Shown in pieces: positions 16,654-26,430 of a stretch of DNA of 32,000 nucleotides (the first letter of the stretch is position 1; each line of letters begins with the position of its first letter). The stretch comes from Cupriavidus necator. Its GTDB lineage: Bacteria; Pseudomonadota; Gammaproteobacteria; Burkholderiales; Burkholderiaceae. The DNA lies in NCBI RefSeq assembly GCF_016127575.1, contig NZ_CP066018.1:3750001-3782000 (forward strand), in the 5' to 3' direction. Position numbers and translations under genes: made by a program. Below the pieces are notes generated by a model. It was not told where the DNA came from and ran no database searches. It saw only the letters and a list, made by a program, of their open reading frames with translations.

Positions 16654-16747
16654 CGCCTTACCCCCAAGACTTCCAGCTCGTCCGCAAGGATCGGGGCGCT
16701 CGCGCATGCTGGCGCGAGTGCCAGCCGTTGCCAATGGCCCTACGCCC

Positions 16748-17212
16748 TCACCCCCTCAACATCTCCGCCGCTTCCGCAATCGCCCTTCTGATCCGTGTGT
16801 ACGTGCCGCACCGGCAGATCACGCAGCTCATCTGGTCGGCGATCTCCGTCTCCTTCGGATTCGGGGTGCGCTTGAGCAGCGCGCTCGCCGCCATCAGTTG
16901 CGCGCTCTGGCAGTAGCCACACTGCACCACCTCGTGCTTCAGCCAGGCCGCCCGCAGCGCGCTCGCCTCGGGGCCGTCGAGTCCTTCGATGGTGACGATC
17001 TTCTTGCCTTCCATCTCGCTCGCCTGGTGCTGGCACGACAACACCATCTTGCCGTTGACATGCACCGCGCAGGCGCCGCACACCCCCACGCCGCAGCCGA
17101 ACTTGGTGCCTGTCAGCTTGAGCTCGCAGCGCAGCACCCACAACAGCGGCGTGCAGCCGTCCGAGCGGACTTCGACGCTCTTACCGTTGACACTGATCTG
17201 ATGGTCTGGCAT
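16748..17212 (-). CDS. [2Fe-2S]-binding small subunit of a molybdo-hydroxylase (isoquinoline 1-oxidoreductase / aldehyde oxidase alpha-like)
   Basis: 154 aa. It has both Fe-S cluster motifs: GCGVGVCGACAV (plant-type) and CGYCQSAQLMAA ... CRCGTY. Confidence 0.9.
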   Translation of the reverse strand: MPDHQISVNGKSVEVRSDGCTPLLWVLRCELKLTGTKFGCGVGVCGACAVHVNGKMVLSCQHQASEMEGKKIVTIEGLDGPEASALRAAWLKHEVVQCGYCQSAQLMAASALLKRTPNPKETEIADQMSCVICRCGTYTRIRRAIAEAAEMLRG

Positions 17213-19505
17213 CGCAGGCTCCGGAAGGCGGCAGGGTCTTCAGCAGCGGCAGGTCGCGCAGGCGCTCGCCGGTCGCATGGAACAAGGCGTTCGCCACCGC
17301 CGGGGCGATCGGCGGCGTGGTGGACTCGCCCACGCCCTGCGGCGGGCGCGTCGAAGGCATCACGTGTACCTGGATGTCCGGGCAGTCTCGCAGGCGCATG
17401 GCCGGAAAGGCGGTGTAGTAGTCCTCCTTCACCTTGCCTCGCTCCAGCGTGATCTTCTGCCACAGCGCTGCCGACAGCCCGAACACAATGCCGCCCTCGA
17501 CCTGCTGCTCGATCAGGGTCGGGTTGACCGGCATGCCGCAATCGATGGCGCAGAACACGCGATCCACGCGGACCTGCCCCATGTTGCCTACCGACACCTC
17601 GGCGACCTGCGCCACCACGCTGCCGAACGACTCGTGCAGGGCCACGCCGCGCCCCATCTTCGCCACGCCAGGCTGCTTGCGCAAGGGCTGGCCCCAGCCC
17701 GACATCTTTCTTGCCTGCTCCAGCACCGCGCGCTGGCGCTCATCCCTGAGCAGGCTCATGCGGTAGTCGAGCGGGTCCACCCCGACCGCCACCGCCAGCT
17801 CATCGACAAAGCTCTCCATGAAGAAGGCGTGGTGCGAGTGCCCCACCGAGCGCCAGTAGCCCACGGGGATGGCGAGGTCCACGGTCTGGTGGCCGACCCA
17901 CACGTCCGGCCAGTCATAGGCCTGGTCGAAGGCGCCCTCCGCCGTGGACTTGTCCAGCCGCGACAGGAAGATGTCGGGCAGGCCGAAGTTGCGTTTCGCG
18001 ACGCCCTCCAGCACTGACTGGCTGGCCGAGACATTGCGCACGGCGATGACCTTTCGGTTTTCGTCGAGCCAGGCCTCGAAGCGCGACACGCTGGCCGGAC
18101 GGTAGAAGTCATGCCGCATGTCCTCGGGGCGCGACCAGATCGTCTGCACCGGCACGCCCTTGCGCCTGGCGGCAATGGTGGCCGCCTGGCAGATGAAGTC
18201 GACTTCGAGCCGGCGCCCGAAGGCACCGCCGATGAATTGCTGGCGCAGTTCGACCTTGTCGGTGTCCAGCCTGAGCGTCTTCGCCACGCAGCGGCGAGCC
18301 AGCCCGGGCATCTGCGTGGCAGCCCACACGATGGCGCGGTCCTCCTGGACCAGCACCGTGCAGTTGACCGGCTCCAGCGCGGCGTGAGCGAGATAAGGCG
18401 CCGAGTACAGGACCTGGATGGCGGGCTTGCCCTGCTTCATGGCGCGCCCGTTGCCATGCTCGTACCAGACGCGTGGGTCGGCGGCGTCGAGCGCCTTCAC
18501 CAGCGTATCGCGGATGCCGTCGCTCGACAGCTTCGCCGCTTCGCCCTCGTCCCACTTGCACTGGACCTTCTCCACCGCCTGCATGGCGATCCACGCATCG
18601 CTGGCGATCACCGCCACGCCGCCGCTGCCGCCCTGGAGCGGAGGCAGCGCGACCAGGTCGAGCACGCCGGGCAACTTCTTTACGTCGTCGGGCGGGGATC
18701 CCCGCAGCGTGCCGCCCAGCGTCGGACACATCTGCACGCTGGCGTAGACCATCGCGTCCGCCACCACGTCGATACCGAAACTGGCTGTGCCGTGGAGCTT
18801 GGCAGCGGCATCAAGGCGCGCCGCGCGGGTGCCGATGAGCCTGTAGCTGGCCGGATCCTTCAGTTCAACCTTGCGAGGCAAAGGCTCACGCGCGGCAGCC
18901 GCGGCAAGTTCGCCGAAGGTGGCGCTGCGCCCCGACGGATGCACCACCTTGCCGGCCTGCGCGCGGCAGGCTTCGGCCTTGACGTCCCACTGCTTCGCCG
19001 CTGCCGCGCACAGCATCATGCGGGCGGCGGCGCCGGCCTCGCGCATCGGATGCCACAGGTCCCTGATGCTGGTAGAGCCGCCGGTGAACATCAGGCCCAC
19101 CTCGCGCACGCCCTTGCGCGTGAACCATTCGGCGGCACGCCTGGGCCACCCCTTGTCGTCCGGCCGGAACGGCAGGTTGGCGACCACGCCCTCGATGTTG
19201 TTGTACAGGTTGTCGATGGGCGACGGCTCGACCCGGATCTGCGACCAGTCGGCCTCCATCTCCTCGGCCAGCAGCATCGCCGCGCCGGTATGCACGCCCT
19301 GCCCCATCTCGGCCTTGTTCATGACCACCGTGACGGTGTTGTCGGACGCCACCTTGATCCAGCCGTTCAGCGCGAATTGCCCGTCGCGCGCCGCCAGCGG
19401 CTCGCCGCTCGCCAGGCGCTGGCGCGGCGGCAGCCAGGCCCATCCGATCACCAGCGCACCGGCAGCGCCCGCACCGCCGAGCAGGAAGGCTCTGCGCGTC
19501 AACAT
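17181..19505 (-). CDS. Molybdopterin-binding large subunit of a molybdo-hydroxylase (IorB / aldehyde oxidase beta-like), Tat-exported
   Basis: 774 aa. Twin-arginine signal MLTRRAFLLGGAGAAGALV. Xanthine dehydrogenase/aldehyde oxidase family blocks are present (GGAFGRRLE, GVGESTTPPIAPAVANA). Its 3' end overlaps the small-subunit start by 32 nt. Confidence 0.85.
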   Translation of the reverse strand: MLTRRAFLLGGAGAAGALVIGWAWLPPRQRLASGEPLAARDGQFALNGWIKVASDNTVTVVMNKAEMGQGVHTGAAMLLAEEMEADWSQIRVEPSPIDNLYNNIEGVVANLPFRPDDKGWPRRAAEWFTRKGVREVGLMFTGGSTSIRDLWHPMREAGAAARMMLCAAAAKQWDVKAEACRAQAGKVVHPSGRSATFGELAAAAAREPLPRKVELKDPASYRLIGTRAARLDAAAKLHGTASFGIDVVADAMVYASVQMCPTLGGTLRGSPPDDVKKLPGVLDLVALPPLQGGSGGVAVIASDAWIAMQAVEKVQCKWDEGEAAKLSSDGIRDTLVKALDAADPRVWYEHGNGRAMKQGKPAIQVLYSAPYLAHAALEPVNCTVLVQEDRAIVWAATQMPGLARRCVAKTLRLDTDKVELRQQFIGGAFGRRLEVDFICQAATIAARRKGVPVQTIWSRPEDMRHDFYRPASVSRFEAWLDENRKVIAVRNVSASQSVLEGVAKRNFGLPDIFLSRLDKSTAEGAFDQAYDWPDVWVGHQTVDLAIPVGYWRSVGHSHHAFFMESFVDELAVAVGVDPLDYRMSLLRDERQRAVLEQARKMSGWGQPLRKQPGVAKMGRGVALHESFGSVVAQVAEVSVGNMGQVRVDRVFCAIDCGMPVNPTLIEQQVEGGIVFGLSAALWQKITLERGKVKEDYYTAFPAMRLRDCPDIQVHVMPSTRPPQGVGESTTPPIAPAVANALFHATGERLRDLPLLKTLPPSGACDARPSDQCQR

Positions 19506-19789
19506 GGCAAGACTGGCGGATCGATCATCATAGGAAGGCCCCGTGCCGCCGATGGCATGGCCTATATTAGGTCGGGAAGTGCCGCAGCGCGAATGCGAGC
19601 ACGTGGTTGGCGCAATCGCGCAACACCCGACACGGACATGCCGCGCTGATGCCGCCTGCCGGCGCAGGTCGAACTGCTCCGTGACGGGTGCCCGTGTTCC
19701 GGCAGATCCTTGAGCTTGGGAACAAGCAACTGATCGACTGCCGCAGCCCCAGCCATCGAACAGTTTTCCATTAGAATCAGCAGCTTATG

Positions 19790-22156
19790 CTACTGCGGAA
19801 AGAGCGCCATCTGCCCAGCCAGCAGCGTCTCGAAATCGTCGTCCAGGAAGGGCAGGATCGCATCGGCGATCGGCTGCAACTGCTTGTTGACGTAGTGGCC
19901 ATAGTCGACCGGCGCCGACCGGGTCTCAAGCGGCTCCGGCCCTGAAACGGTCATCACGTAGCTGATCCAGCCGCCATGCTGATACTGGCGCGGACGTCCC
20001 TGGCGCTCGTTATAGGCATCGGCGATACGGGCGGCGCGGACGTGCGGCGGCACGTTGCGCTGGTAATCATCGAGCTTGCGGCGCAGCCGCTTGCGATAGA
20101 CCAGTTGCTCGTCGAGCTCGCCGGCCAGGGTGCGGCGCACGATGTCCCGCACATAATCCGCGTACGGCTCGCGGTTGAAGATCTTTTCGTAAAGGGTCTG
20201 CTGGAAACGCTGGGCGAGCGGCGACCAGTCCGTGCGCACCGTCTCAAGCCCCTTGAACACCATCTCGATCTTCCCGTCGGGCCGTTCTACCTGGCCGGCA
20301 TAGCGCTTCTTGCTGCCAAGGTCCGTGCCGCGGATGGTCGGCATCAGGAAGCGCCGGAAGTGCGTTTCGAACTGGAGTTCCAGCGCGCTTTCCAGTCCAT
20401 AGGTCTGCCAGAGGTGGTCGCGCCACCAGTCGTTGACGTAGGCGACCAGGCTACGGCCGATCTGCCTGGCATCGGCTTCCGTTCGCGCGCGGCGCAGCCA
20501 GACGAATGTGGAATCCGTGTCGCCATAGATCACCTCATAGCCGCGGGCCTCGATCAGCGCGCGGGTCTGCCGCATGATCTCGTGCCCGCGCATGGTGATC
20601 GACGACGCCAGCCGCGCGTCGAAGAACCGGCAACCGCTGGACCCGAGCACGCCGTAGAACGCGTTCATGATGATCTTGAGCGCCTGCGAGAGCGGCTTGT
20701 TCCGGTCGCGCTTGGCGGCCTCGCGGCCTTGCCAGACTCTGGCCACGATCGCCGGCAGGCAGTGCTTCGTCCGGGAAAACCGCGCACCGCGGAAGCCAGG
20801 CAGCGAATCGGCATCGTCCGGATGCGCCAGGCCCTCGACCAGCCCGATCGGGTCGATCAGGAAGGTCCGGATGATCGACGGGTAGAGGCTCTTGTAGTCC
20901 AGCACAAGCACCGATTCGTAGAGCCCCGGCCGCGAGTCCATGACGAAGCCGCCCGGGCTGGCCTCGGGCGCCTTCTCGCCGAGGTTGGGCGCGACATACC
21001 CCTGGCGGTGCATCAGCGGCATGTAGAGATGCGTGAAGGCGGCGACCGAGCCGCCATTCCGGTCGGCCGGCAGGCCCGTGACCGTGGCGCGCTCCAGCAG
21101 GAACGGCAACAGCTCCGTCTTTTCGAAGATCCGCGTGACCAGTTCGCAATCGCGCAGGTTATAGCGCGCCAGCGCCGGCTTGTCCTGCTCGAACATGCGG
21201 TCGATGGCGTCCATGCGGTCGTACGGGTTGTCGACCGCCTTGCCCTCGCCCAGCAGCGTCTGCGCCACCGATTCGAGGCTGAACGACGGGAAGCTCCACG
21301 TGGCGGAACGCAGCGCCTCGATGCCGTCGATGATTAACCGGCCTGGTGCGCTGGCGAAATAGTGCTGCTGGGCGTTGTGCTCGCGCCATTCCATCTCGGC
21401 ACCGCCGCGGCCGAGGCGCAGCGGAAGCTGGAACTTGCGCGCATGCTCGTGCAGCACGCGCAGGTCGAACTGGACCAGATTCCAGCCGATGATCGCGTCG
21501 GGATCGTGATCGGCCAGCCACTGGTTCAGCTTTTCCAGCAACTCGGGCCGCGTGGCGCAGTACTCGAGCGAGAAATCGACGTCGGCGGGCATTTGCGGCG
21601 CCGCACCCAGCATGTAGACCTGGCGCTGGCCGCAGCCTTCGAGCCCAATCGAATAGAGTTCGCCGAACGCGTTGGTCTCGATATCGAGCGAGACCAGGCG
21701 CAACTTGGGCCGGTAGCACTCCGACGGCTTCATCTGGGCATTGCGCAGCGCGCCGCCGGGGTCCGGCTCGCCGTCGAACCAGACCGGGGCGGTGATGAAG
21801 CGCTCCATCAGGTAGCGTTCGGGCGGGCGGATATCGGCTTCGTAGACATCCACGCCGGCGTCGCGCAATGAGCGGCTGAGCTGGATCAGTTGCCGATGCT
21901 GGCGGCAGTACAGGCCCAGTACGGGCCGGCGCTGGAAATCCTGGAGCTTGAGCGGGCGCAGCTCGACCTCGCGCTCGCGGCGCAGCAGCGCCTCGGCACG
22001 CTCGCGCTGCGACTCGGGGATAAACGCGACTGACGGCTGACAGGACAGGTGCAGGTGGCGCGGACCATCATCGGTCGCCAGCCAGAATTCGACTTCGGTG
22101 CCGGCCGGCGTATCGCGCCAATGTCGGGTCAGGATGAAACCCTGCTGAAGTGCCAC
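19790..22156 (-). CDS. polB: DNA polymerase II (family B)
   Basis: 788 aa. Exo I motif SLDIETN. Polymerase motifs [22 protein letters not shown] and YGDTDSTFV. The overall length and order match E. coli PolB. Confidence 0.9.
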   Translation of the reverse strand: MALQQGFILTRHWRDTPAGTEVEFWLATDDGPRHLHLSCQPSVAFIPESQRERAEALLRREREVELRPLKLQDFQRRPVLGLYCRQHRQLIQLSRSLRDAGVDVYEADIRPPERYLMERFITAPVWFDGEPDPGGALRNAQMKPSECYRPKLRLVSLDIETNAFGELYSIGLEGCGQRQVYMLGAAPQMPADVDFSLEYCATRPELLEKLNQWLADHDPDAIIGWNLVQFDLRVLHEHARKFQLPLRLGRGGAEMEWREHNAQQHYFASAPGRLIIDGIEALRSATWSFPSFSLESVAQTLLGEGKAVDNPYDRMDAIDRMFEQDKPALARYNLRDCELVTRIFEKTELLPFLLERATVTGLPADRNGGSVAAFTHLYMPLMHRQGYVAPNLGEKAPEASPGGFVMDSRPGLYESVLVLDYKSLYPSIIRTFLIDPIGLVEGLAHPDDADSLPGFRGARFSRTKHCLPAIVARVWQGREAAKRDRNKPLSQALKIIMNAFYGVLGSSGCRFFDARLASSITMRGHEIMRQTRALIEARGYEVIYGDTDSTFVWLRRARTEADARQIGRSLVAYVNDWWRDHLWQTYGLESALELQFETHFRRFLMPTIRGTDLGSKKRYAGQVERPDGKIEMVFKGLETVRTDWSPLAQRFQQTLYEKIFNREPYADYVRDIVRRTLAGELDEQLVYRKRLRRKLDDYQRNVPPHVRAARIADAYNERQGRPRQYQHGGWISYVMTVSGPEPLETRSAPVDYGHYVNKQLQPIADAILPFLDDDFETLLAGQMALFPQ

Positions 22157-22247
22157 GTTAGGTACATTGGGAAACGGCTACCGGTCGGGATTCTAGCCGA
22201 TGGGCCAGGCGCGTGAGCCGCGTAAGCCACCCCGCGGCATCTTCGGC

Positions 22248-22502
22248 TCACGCAAAACGGTCGTGCAGGATAGCGGCGGTCAATTCGCGCTTCTTCCAGT
22301 ACATATGGTGGATACGCTGCTGCAATTTGCCCAGCACCATGGGGTCGAGGCTGCCATAGGTCAGCAGCACGGCAGGCTGCGAGCCATCGCCCTCCTCATG
22401 TTCGAGGCTGTCGAACGGAGGAAACCCGTACTTTTCCAGGAAGGCCGCGATTTCCTCGTCCGAGGTGCCAGGTTCGATGTTGCCTAGCAGCAAACGACTC
22501 AT
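22248..22502 (-). CDS. Small RRM-like putative RNA-binding protein
   Basis: 84 aa starting at the internal Met (MSRLLLGNIEPGTSDEEIAAFLEKYG...). GGAGAG lies 7 nt upstream. LLLGNI resembles an RNP2 element. The longer ORF-track start (22562) has no SD. Confidence 0.5.
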   Translation of the reverse strand: MSRLLLGNIEPGTSDEEIAAFLEKYGFPPFDSLEHEEGDGSQPAVLLTYGSLDPMVLGKLQQRIHHMYWKKRELTAAILHDRFA

Positions 22503-22582
22503 GATGGTCTCTCCCAGTCGATGGAGGAGCGGCCCTGCCCCAGCCCCCTTTGCGGTTGGCACTGAGACGCCCTACCTTAATT

Positions 22583-23074
22583 CTAGGATGGGCTTTTGCC
22601 CTGCCGTGCCGCCTCGATCGCGGCGATATCAATCTTTTTCATCGTCATCATGGCGTCGAATGCGCGCTTGGCCGCCGCACGGTCGGGGTCGGTTATCGCC
22701 GCGCTGAGCGCGCGCGGGGTGATCTGCCATGACAGTCCCCAGCGGTCCTTGCACCAGCCGCATTCGCTTTCCTGGCCGCCATTGCCGACGATCGCATTCC
22801 ACAAGCGGTCGGTTTCGGCCTGGTCGTCCGTCGCAATCTGAAAAGAGAAGGCCTCGTTGTGCTTGAAATGCGGGCCGCCGTTCAGCCCGAGGCAGGGAAT
22901 GCCGGCGACGGTGAACTCGACCGTCAGGACATCGCCCTGCTTGCCGTCGGGATAGTCGCCCGGCGCACGGTGGACGGCGCTGACTGCGCTGTCGGGGAAT
23001 GTCTCGGCATAGAAGTTTGCGGCATCAAGGGCGTCGCGGTCGTACCACAAGCAGATCGTGTTCTTGCTTTGCAT
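22583..23074 (-). CDS. VOC-superfamily protein, PhnB / 3-demethylubiquinone-9 methyltransferase-domain-like
   Basis: From the internal Met with a GGAGA SD: MQSKNTICLWYDRDALDAANFYAETFPDS...CGWCKDRWGLSWQI. These are typical blocks of this family. Confidence 0.7.
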   Translation of the reverse strand: MQSKNTICLWYDRDALDAANFYAETFPDSAVSAVHRAPGDYPDGKQGDVLTVEFTVAGIPCLGLNGGPHFKHNEAFSFQIATDDQAETDRLWNAIVGNGGQESECGWCKDRWGLSWQITPRALSAAITDPDRAAAKRAFDAMMTMKKIDIAAIEAARQGKSPS

Positions 23075-23327
23075 GATGTGTCTCCTGGAAAGTCGAGCAC
23101 CGGGAATCCGCCACCGGGACTCCAATGTCTCATATTCCGGTGGCGGGCGCAGGCCGCGCAAAGGGCGAGCTGAGGAGCCGCCGGCGGCCTCTGTCCAAGG
23201 GGCGTCGCCGCTGCCCGGCGCCAGTGCCGACTATGCCAGGCTGGTGCGCTTCGAGACCCAGCGCCGGGGCGAGTTGATCAGCAAGGCGAACATCGCGCTG
23301 GGCTGATGCCGCAGGACTTCTCGCGTC

Positions 23328-23933
23328 TCACTGGGCCTCCGCCGCGCGCACGAACGCGTCGCGCGCGGTGATCCGCTTGACGTAGTCCTGGATGCACGCG
23401 CTCTCGCTGATGCGCGGCGCACCGAATCGGCCCGCCCATGCCAGCGAGGCACCGAGATAGATGTCCGCCGCGCTGAAGGTCGCGCCGAGCACGAAGGGGC
23501 CGGGCGTCAGGGCTTGCTCGATGGCGTCGATCACATCGTCATAGTCGCCCCAGCCGACCGCCTGCTTCGGCAGCGGCGCCTCTTTGCGCATCATCCGGTC
23601 AGTCAGCGCGGGTTCGAAGCAACTGCCGCAGAAGAACAGCCACCGCAGCACCGTGCCGCGCGCGGACGAGCCTGCAGGCGGCATCAACCCGGCCTGCGGA
23701 AAGGCATCCCCCAGCCAGGCGATGATCGCGCCGTTCTCGGTCAGGACCGTGCCGTCATGCAAGACCAGCGTTGGAATCTTCCCCATCGGGTTGACCGCCA
23801 GGAACTCCGGCGCGCGGCTCTCGCCCTTGGTGAAATCGATGTGCTGCAGCTTGTACTCAGCCCCGACCTCCTCCAGCATCCAGCGCGCCACCGAGGCGCG
23901 GCTCTGGGGGTTGTAGTAGAGCGTCATGGTCAT
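23328..23933 (-). CDS. Glutathione S-transferase
   Basis: From the internal Met with a GGAGGA SD: MTMTLYYNPQSRASVARWMLEEVG...NPMGKIPTL (thioredoxin-like N-domain with the conserved cis-Pro region), followed by an alpha-helical C-domain. Confidence 0.8.
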   Translation of the reverse strand: MTMTLYYNPQSRASVARWMLEEVGAEYKLQHIDFTKGESRAPEFLAVNPMGKIPTLVLHDGTVLTENGAIIAWLGDAFPQAGLMPPAGSSARGTVLRWLFFCGSCFEPALTDRMMRKEAPLPKQAVGWGDYDDVIDAIEQALTPGPFVLGATFSAADIYLGASLAWAGRFGAPRISESACIQDYVKRITARDAFVRAAEAQ

Positions 23934-24024
23934 ACTGTCCTCCTGCCGCGTTCGGCCGTGTGGTTTCGACCGCCGCAGGATAGCATCCGCCGGCTGCCAC
24001 GAACCGCTTCCGTTGTGGAAGCCC

Positions 24025-25236
24025 TCACCCGGCCCGCTCGACCGCCCGCGCGAGCCGTGCGACGCCCTCCCCGATCTGCGCCAGGTTCGTGCTCGCGAAC
24101 GACAGCCGGAATGTGGCGCGCTGGCGCTGCTCCACATAGAATCCGGCACCCGGCACGAACAGCACCTTTTCCGCGATCGCGTGCGGCAGCAGTGCGGCAG
24201 CATCGTCGATGCCATCCAGCGCGGCCCAGAGGAACATCCCTCCCGCCGGCAATGCGAAACGGATGCGGTCACCAAAGGCCTGGCCCAGCGCCGCCGCCAG
24301 CTGGTCGCGCTTGTCGCGATAGGCTGCGACTTCCCGCGCGACCTGTGCCGGCAGCCGGCCCGCTTCCAGATACTGGGCCGCGGCCAGCTGGAGCCATGGC
24401 GGCGTGCACAGGTCGGATACCTGCTTGGCAATCACCGCGCGGCGCACGATCTCGGGCGCGGCGACCATCCAGCCGATCCTCAGGCCGGGGGCCAGCGTCT
24501 TCGACAGGCTGGCCAGATGCACCAGCCACGGCCGCGCCTCGGGTACCGACGCGCACAGCGCCAGCAGCGAAGGCGGCGGTGCGCCATCGAAGCTGAGCGC
24601 CCCGTAGGGATCGTCCTCGACCAGCACCACGCGGTGCCGTGCTACCAGCTTCAGCAGCTGCAGCCGGCGAGCGGACGACAGCGTTGCCCCGGAGGGGTTG
24701 GCGAAGGTTGGCACCGTATAGATCAGCCGGGGCCGCAACGACGGGTCGGCCAGCATGGCTTCGAGCGCAGCCACGTCCATGCCGTCGTGATCAGACTGCA
24801 CGCCGCGTATGTCGGCGCCAGCCAGCCGCAATGCCTGCAGCGTGGCGGAATAAGTCGGCTCCTCGACCAGCACCACGCTGCCGGGCTCGACCAGCGCGCG
24901 CGCGAGGAAATCGAAGCCCTGCTGCGAGCCGCTGGTCACGAGCAGTTCGTCCTGGGCCACGGGCGCGCCGCGCCCGGCCATCAACGACGCCAGCACCTGG
25001 CGCAGCGCCGGCGCGCCTTCGGTGGCGCCGTACTGCAGGCATTCGGCGGGCCGCTCGCGCAGCACCGCCGCCGAGGCCGCGCCAATGCCGTCGACATCGA
25101 ACAGCGCGGCGGACGGGTAGCCGCCGGCGAACGAGATCATCCCGGGGTCGGACAGGTACTTGAACAGTTCCCGGATCGGAGAGCCAGCCGGGTTGCGCAG
25201 CGCGGGGACGAAGGGATAAGCGGCGTCGGAAGTCAT
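24025..25236 (-). CDS. PLP-dependent aminotransferase, class I/II fold (2-aminoadipate/aromatic transaminase-like)
   Basis: 403 aa from MTSDAAYPF.... It has SFAGGYP, YGATEGAPALR, TVPTFANPSGATL and the PLP-lysine motif SLSKTLAPGLRIGW. It lies 35 nt downstream of the Bug gene. Confidence 0.8.
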   Translation of the reverse strand: MTSDAAYPFVPALRNPAGSPIRELFKYLSDPGMISFAGGYPSAALFDVDGIGAASAAVLRERPAECLQYGATEGAPALRQVLASLMAGRGAPVAQDELLVTSGSQQGFDFLARALVEPGSVVLVEEPTYSATLQALRLAGADIRGVQSDHDGMDVAALEAMLADPSLRPRLIYTVPTFANPSGATLSSARRLQLLKLVARHRVVLVEDDPYGALSFDGAPPPSLLALCASVPEARPWLVHLASLSKTLAPGLRIGWMVAAPEIVRRAVIAKQVSDLCTPPWLQLAAAQYLEAGRLPAQVAREVAAYRDKRDQLAAALGQAFGDRIRFALPAGGMFLWAALDGIDDAAALLPHAIAEKVLFVPGAGFYVEQRQRATFRLSFASTNLAQIGEGVARLARAVERAG

Positions 25237-25271
25237 GAGCGGATGCAGAACGTGCTGGACATGGGCGTGCT

Positions 25272-26264
25272 TCAGTCCACCGAAGCACCGGACAGGCGAA
25301 CGATCTCGCCCCACTTCTGGCGGTCCTTCTTCAACACGTCGGCAAATGCCTCCGGCGAGCTGGGCGCCGGTTCCGCGCCCAGCTCGCGCATTTTCGCCTG
25401 CACGCCTGGCTCGTTGAGCACGCGCGTCAGGTCCTGGCTGATCTTCTGCGCCACCGCCGTGGGCACCCCGCGCGGCGCAAGCAGGCCGAACCAAGGGCTG
25501 GCATCAAAGCCGGGGACGGGGCCCGCGGCGGCGACCGTCGGCACATTCGGAAGCGCCGACGAGCGCGCCGGCGTGGTCACGGCCAGCGGCCTGAGCTTGC
25601 CCGAGCGGATAAACGGCAGCGACGCCGGCAGGTTGTCGAACATCACGTCGACGCTGCCGCCCATCAGGTCGGCGATGGCCGGGCTGCTGCCCTTGTAGGC
25701 GACGTGGCTCATCTCCGTGCTGGTCATGCGCTGGAACAGCTCGCCCGCGAGGTGCGTGGACGTGCCATTTCCGGCCGACGCCATGTTGACGCGCTTGGGA
25801 TTGGCTTTCAGGTAGGCGATGAACTCGGGCAGCGTCTGCACGCGCGCGCGTTCCGCAAACGCCGGCGACAGCACCACCACGTTGGGTACGCGCGCCACCA
25901 TCGCGACCGGCGCGAAGTCGGCGTCGGCATCATAGGGCAGCTTCTTGTACAAGGCCGGGTTGATGCCGAACTCGCCCACCGAGCCCATCAGCAGGGTGTA
26001 GCCGTCCGCCGTGGACTTGGCGGCCGTGCCGGTGCCGACGATGCCGCCCGCGCCGGGGCGGTTGTCGACCACCACCGACTGCTTCCATTGCGTGGCCAGT
26101 TGCTCGCCGATCAGCCGGGCCACCATGTCGGTGGTGCCGCCCGGCGGGTACGGCACGATGATGCGCACCGGCTTGGCCGGGAACTCGAGCGCGCCGGCGA
26201 TGCCGGGCATGGTCGCGCCGAATGCAAGGGTGCCGGCGGCGAGCGCGCTGAACAAGTGTTTCAT
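25272..26264 (-). CDS. Bug-family (TctC-like) tripartite tricarboxylate transporter periplasmic binding protein
   Basis: 330 aa. A signal peptide, then FPAKPVRIIVPYPPGGTTDMVARLIGEQL...VVVDNRPGAGG, the canonical Bug family N-terminus. Confidence 0.85.
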   Translation of the reverse strand: MKHLFSALAAGTLAFGATMPGIAGALEFPAKPVRIIVPYPPGGTTDMVARLIGEQLATQWKQSVVVDNRPGAGGIVGTGTAAKSTADGYTLLMGSVGEFGINPALYKKLPYDADADFAPVAMVARVPNVVVLSPAFAERARVQTLPEFIAYLKANPKRVNMASAGNGTSTHLAGELFQRMTSTEMSHVAYKGSSPAIADLMGGSVDVMFDNLPASLPFIRSGKLRPLAVTTPARSSALPNVPTVAAAGPVPGFDASPWFGLLAPRGVPTAVAQKISQDLTRVLNEPGVQAKMRELGAEPAPSSPEAFADVLKKDRQKWGEIVRLSGASVD

Positions 26265-26393
26265 GCAGTCTCCTGTCTACCTGATGGTTGTCGTTATGAG
26301 GTTGTCGTGATGACGATGCCGGGAGGAGGCGGCAACGCAAGGATCGAATGATTTCTCATCAACTCCAAGCTTTCAAGCGAGATTTCCGTATAG

Positions 26394-26413
26394 GATGATG
26401 ACCTAAAATCATC
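26394..26413. promoter_or_regulatory. Inverted repeat GATGAT-N8-ATCATC (candidate LysR box, T-N11-A type)
   Basis: Perfect 6-bp arms at 26394-26399 and 26408-26413, 17 nt upstream of the LysR ATG, in the divergent intergenic region shared with the Bug operon. Confidence 0.45.
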
Positions 26414-26430
26414 AACCCAGCCCTTCCCCG

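Noticed and set aside
19506-19789. 284-nt gap between polB and the molybdoenzyme gene. I considered a Moco riboswitch and the 69-aa ORF at 19562-19771.
   Set aside because: I could not find the conserved Moco-motif elements (for example a CCUCCGAG-type segment) on the minus strand. The ORF has no SD and its composition is not protein-like. The region probably just holds the promoter and 5' UTR, and a covariance-model scan (the Rfam Moco motif) would settle it.
22157-22247. Possible LexA/SOS box upstream of polB, and the inverted repeat gcgtgagccg / cggctcacgc (22211-22252)
   Set aside because: No CTGT-N8-ACAG-type SOS box is visible. The inverted repeat overlaps the stop codon of the upstream small gene and has no U-run, so I could support neither a terminator nor an operator call.
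23162-23306. The tail of ORF 23058-23306 (...DYARLVRFETQRRGELISKANIALG) looks vaguely like a real C-terminus, possibly a gene remnant
   Set aside because: It is too short to assign to a family and has no credible start or SD. Its 5' part overlaps the VOC gene start region. This cannot be supported without a database search (tblastn/blastx of 23160-23330).
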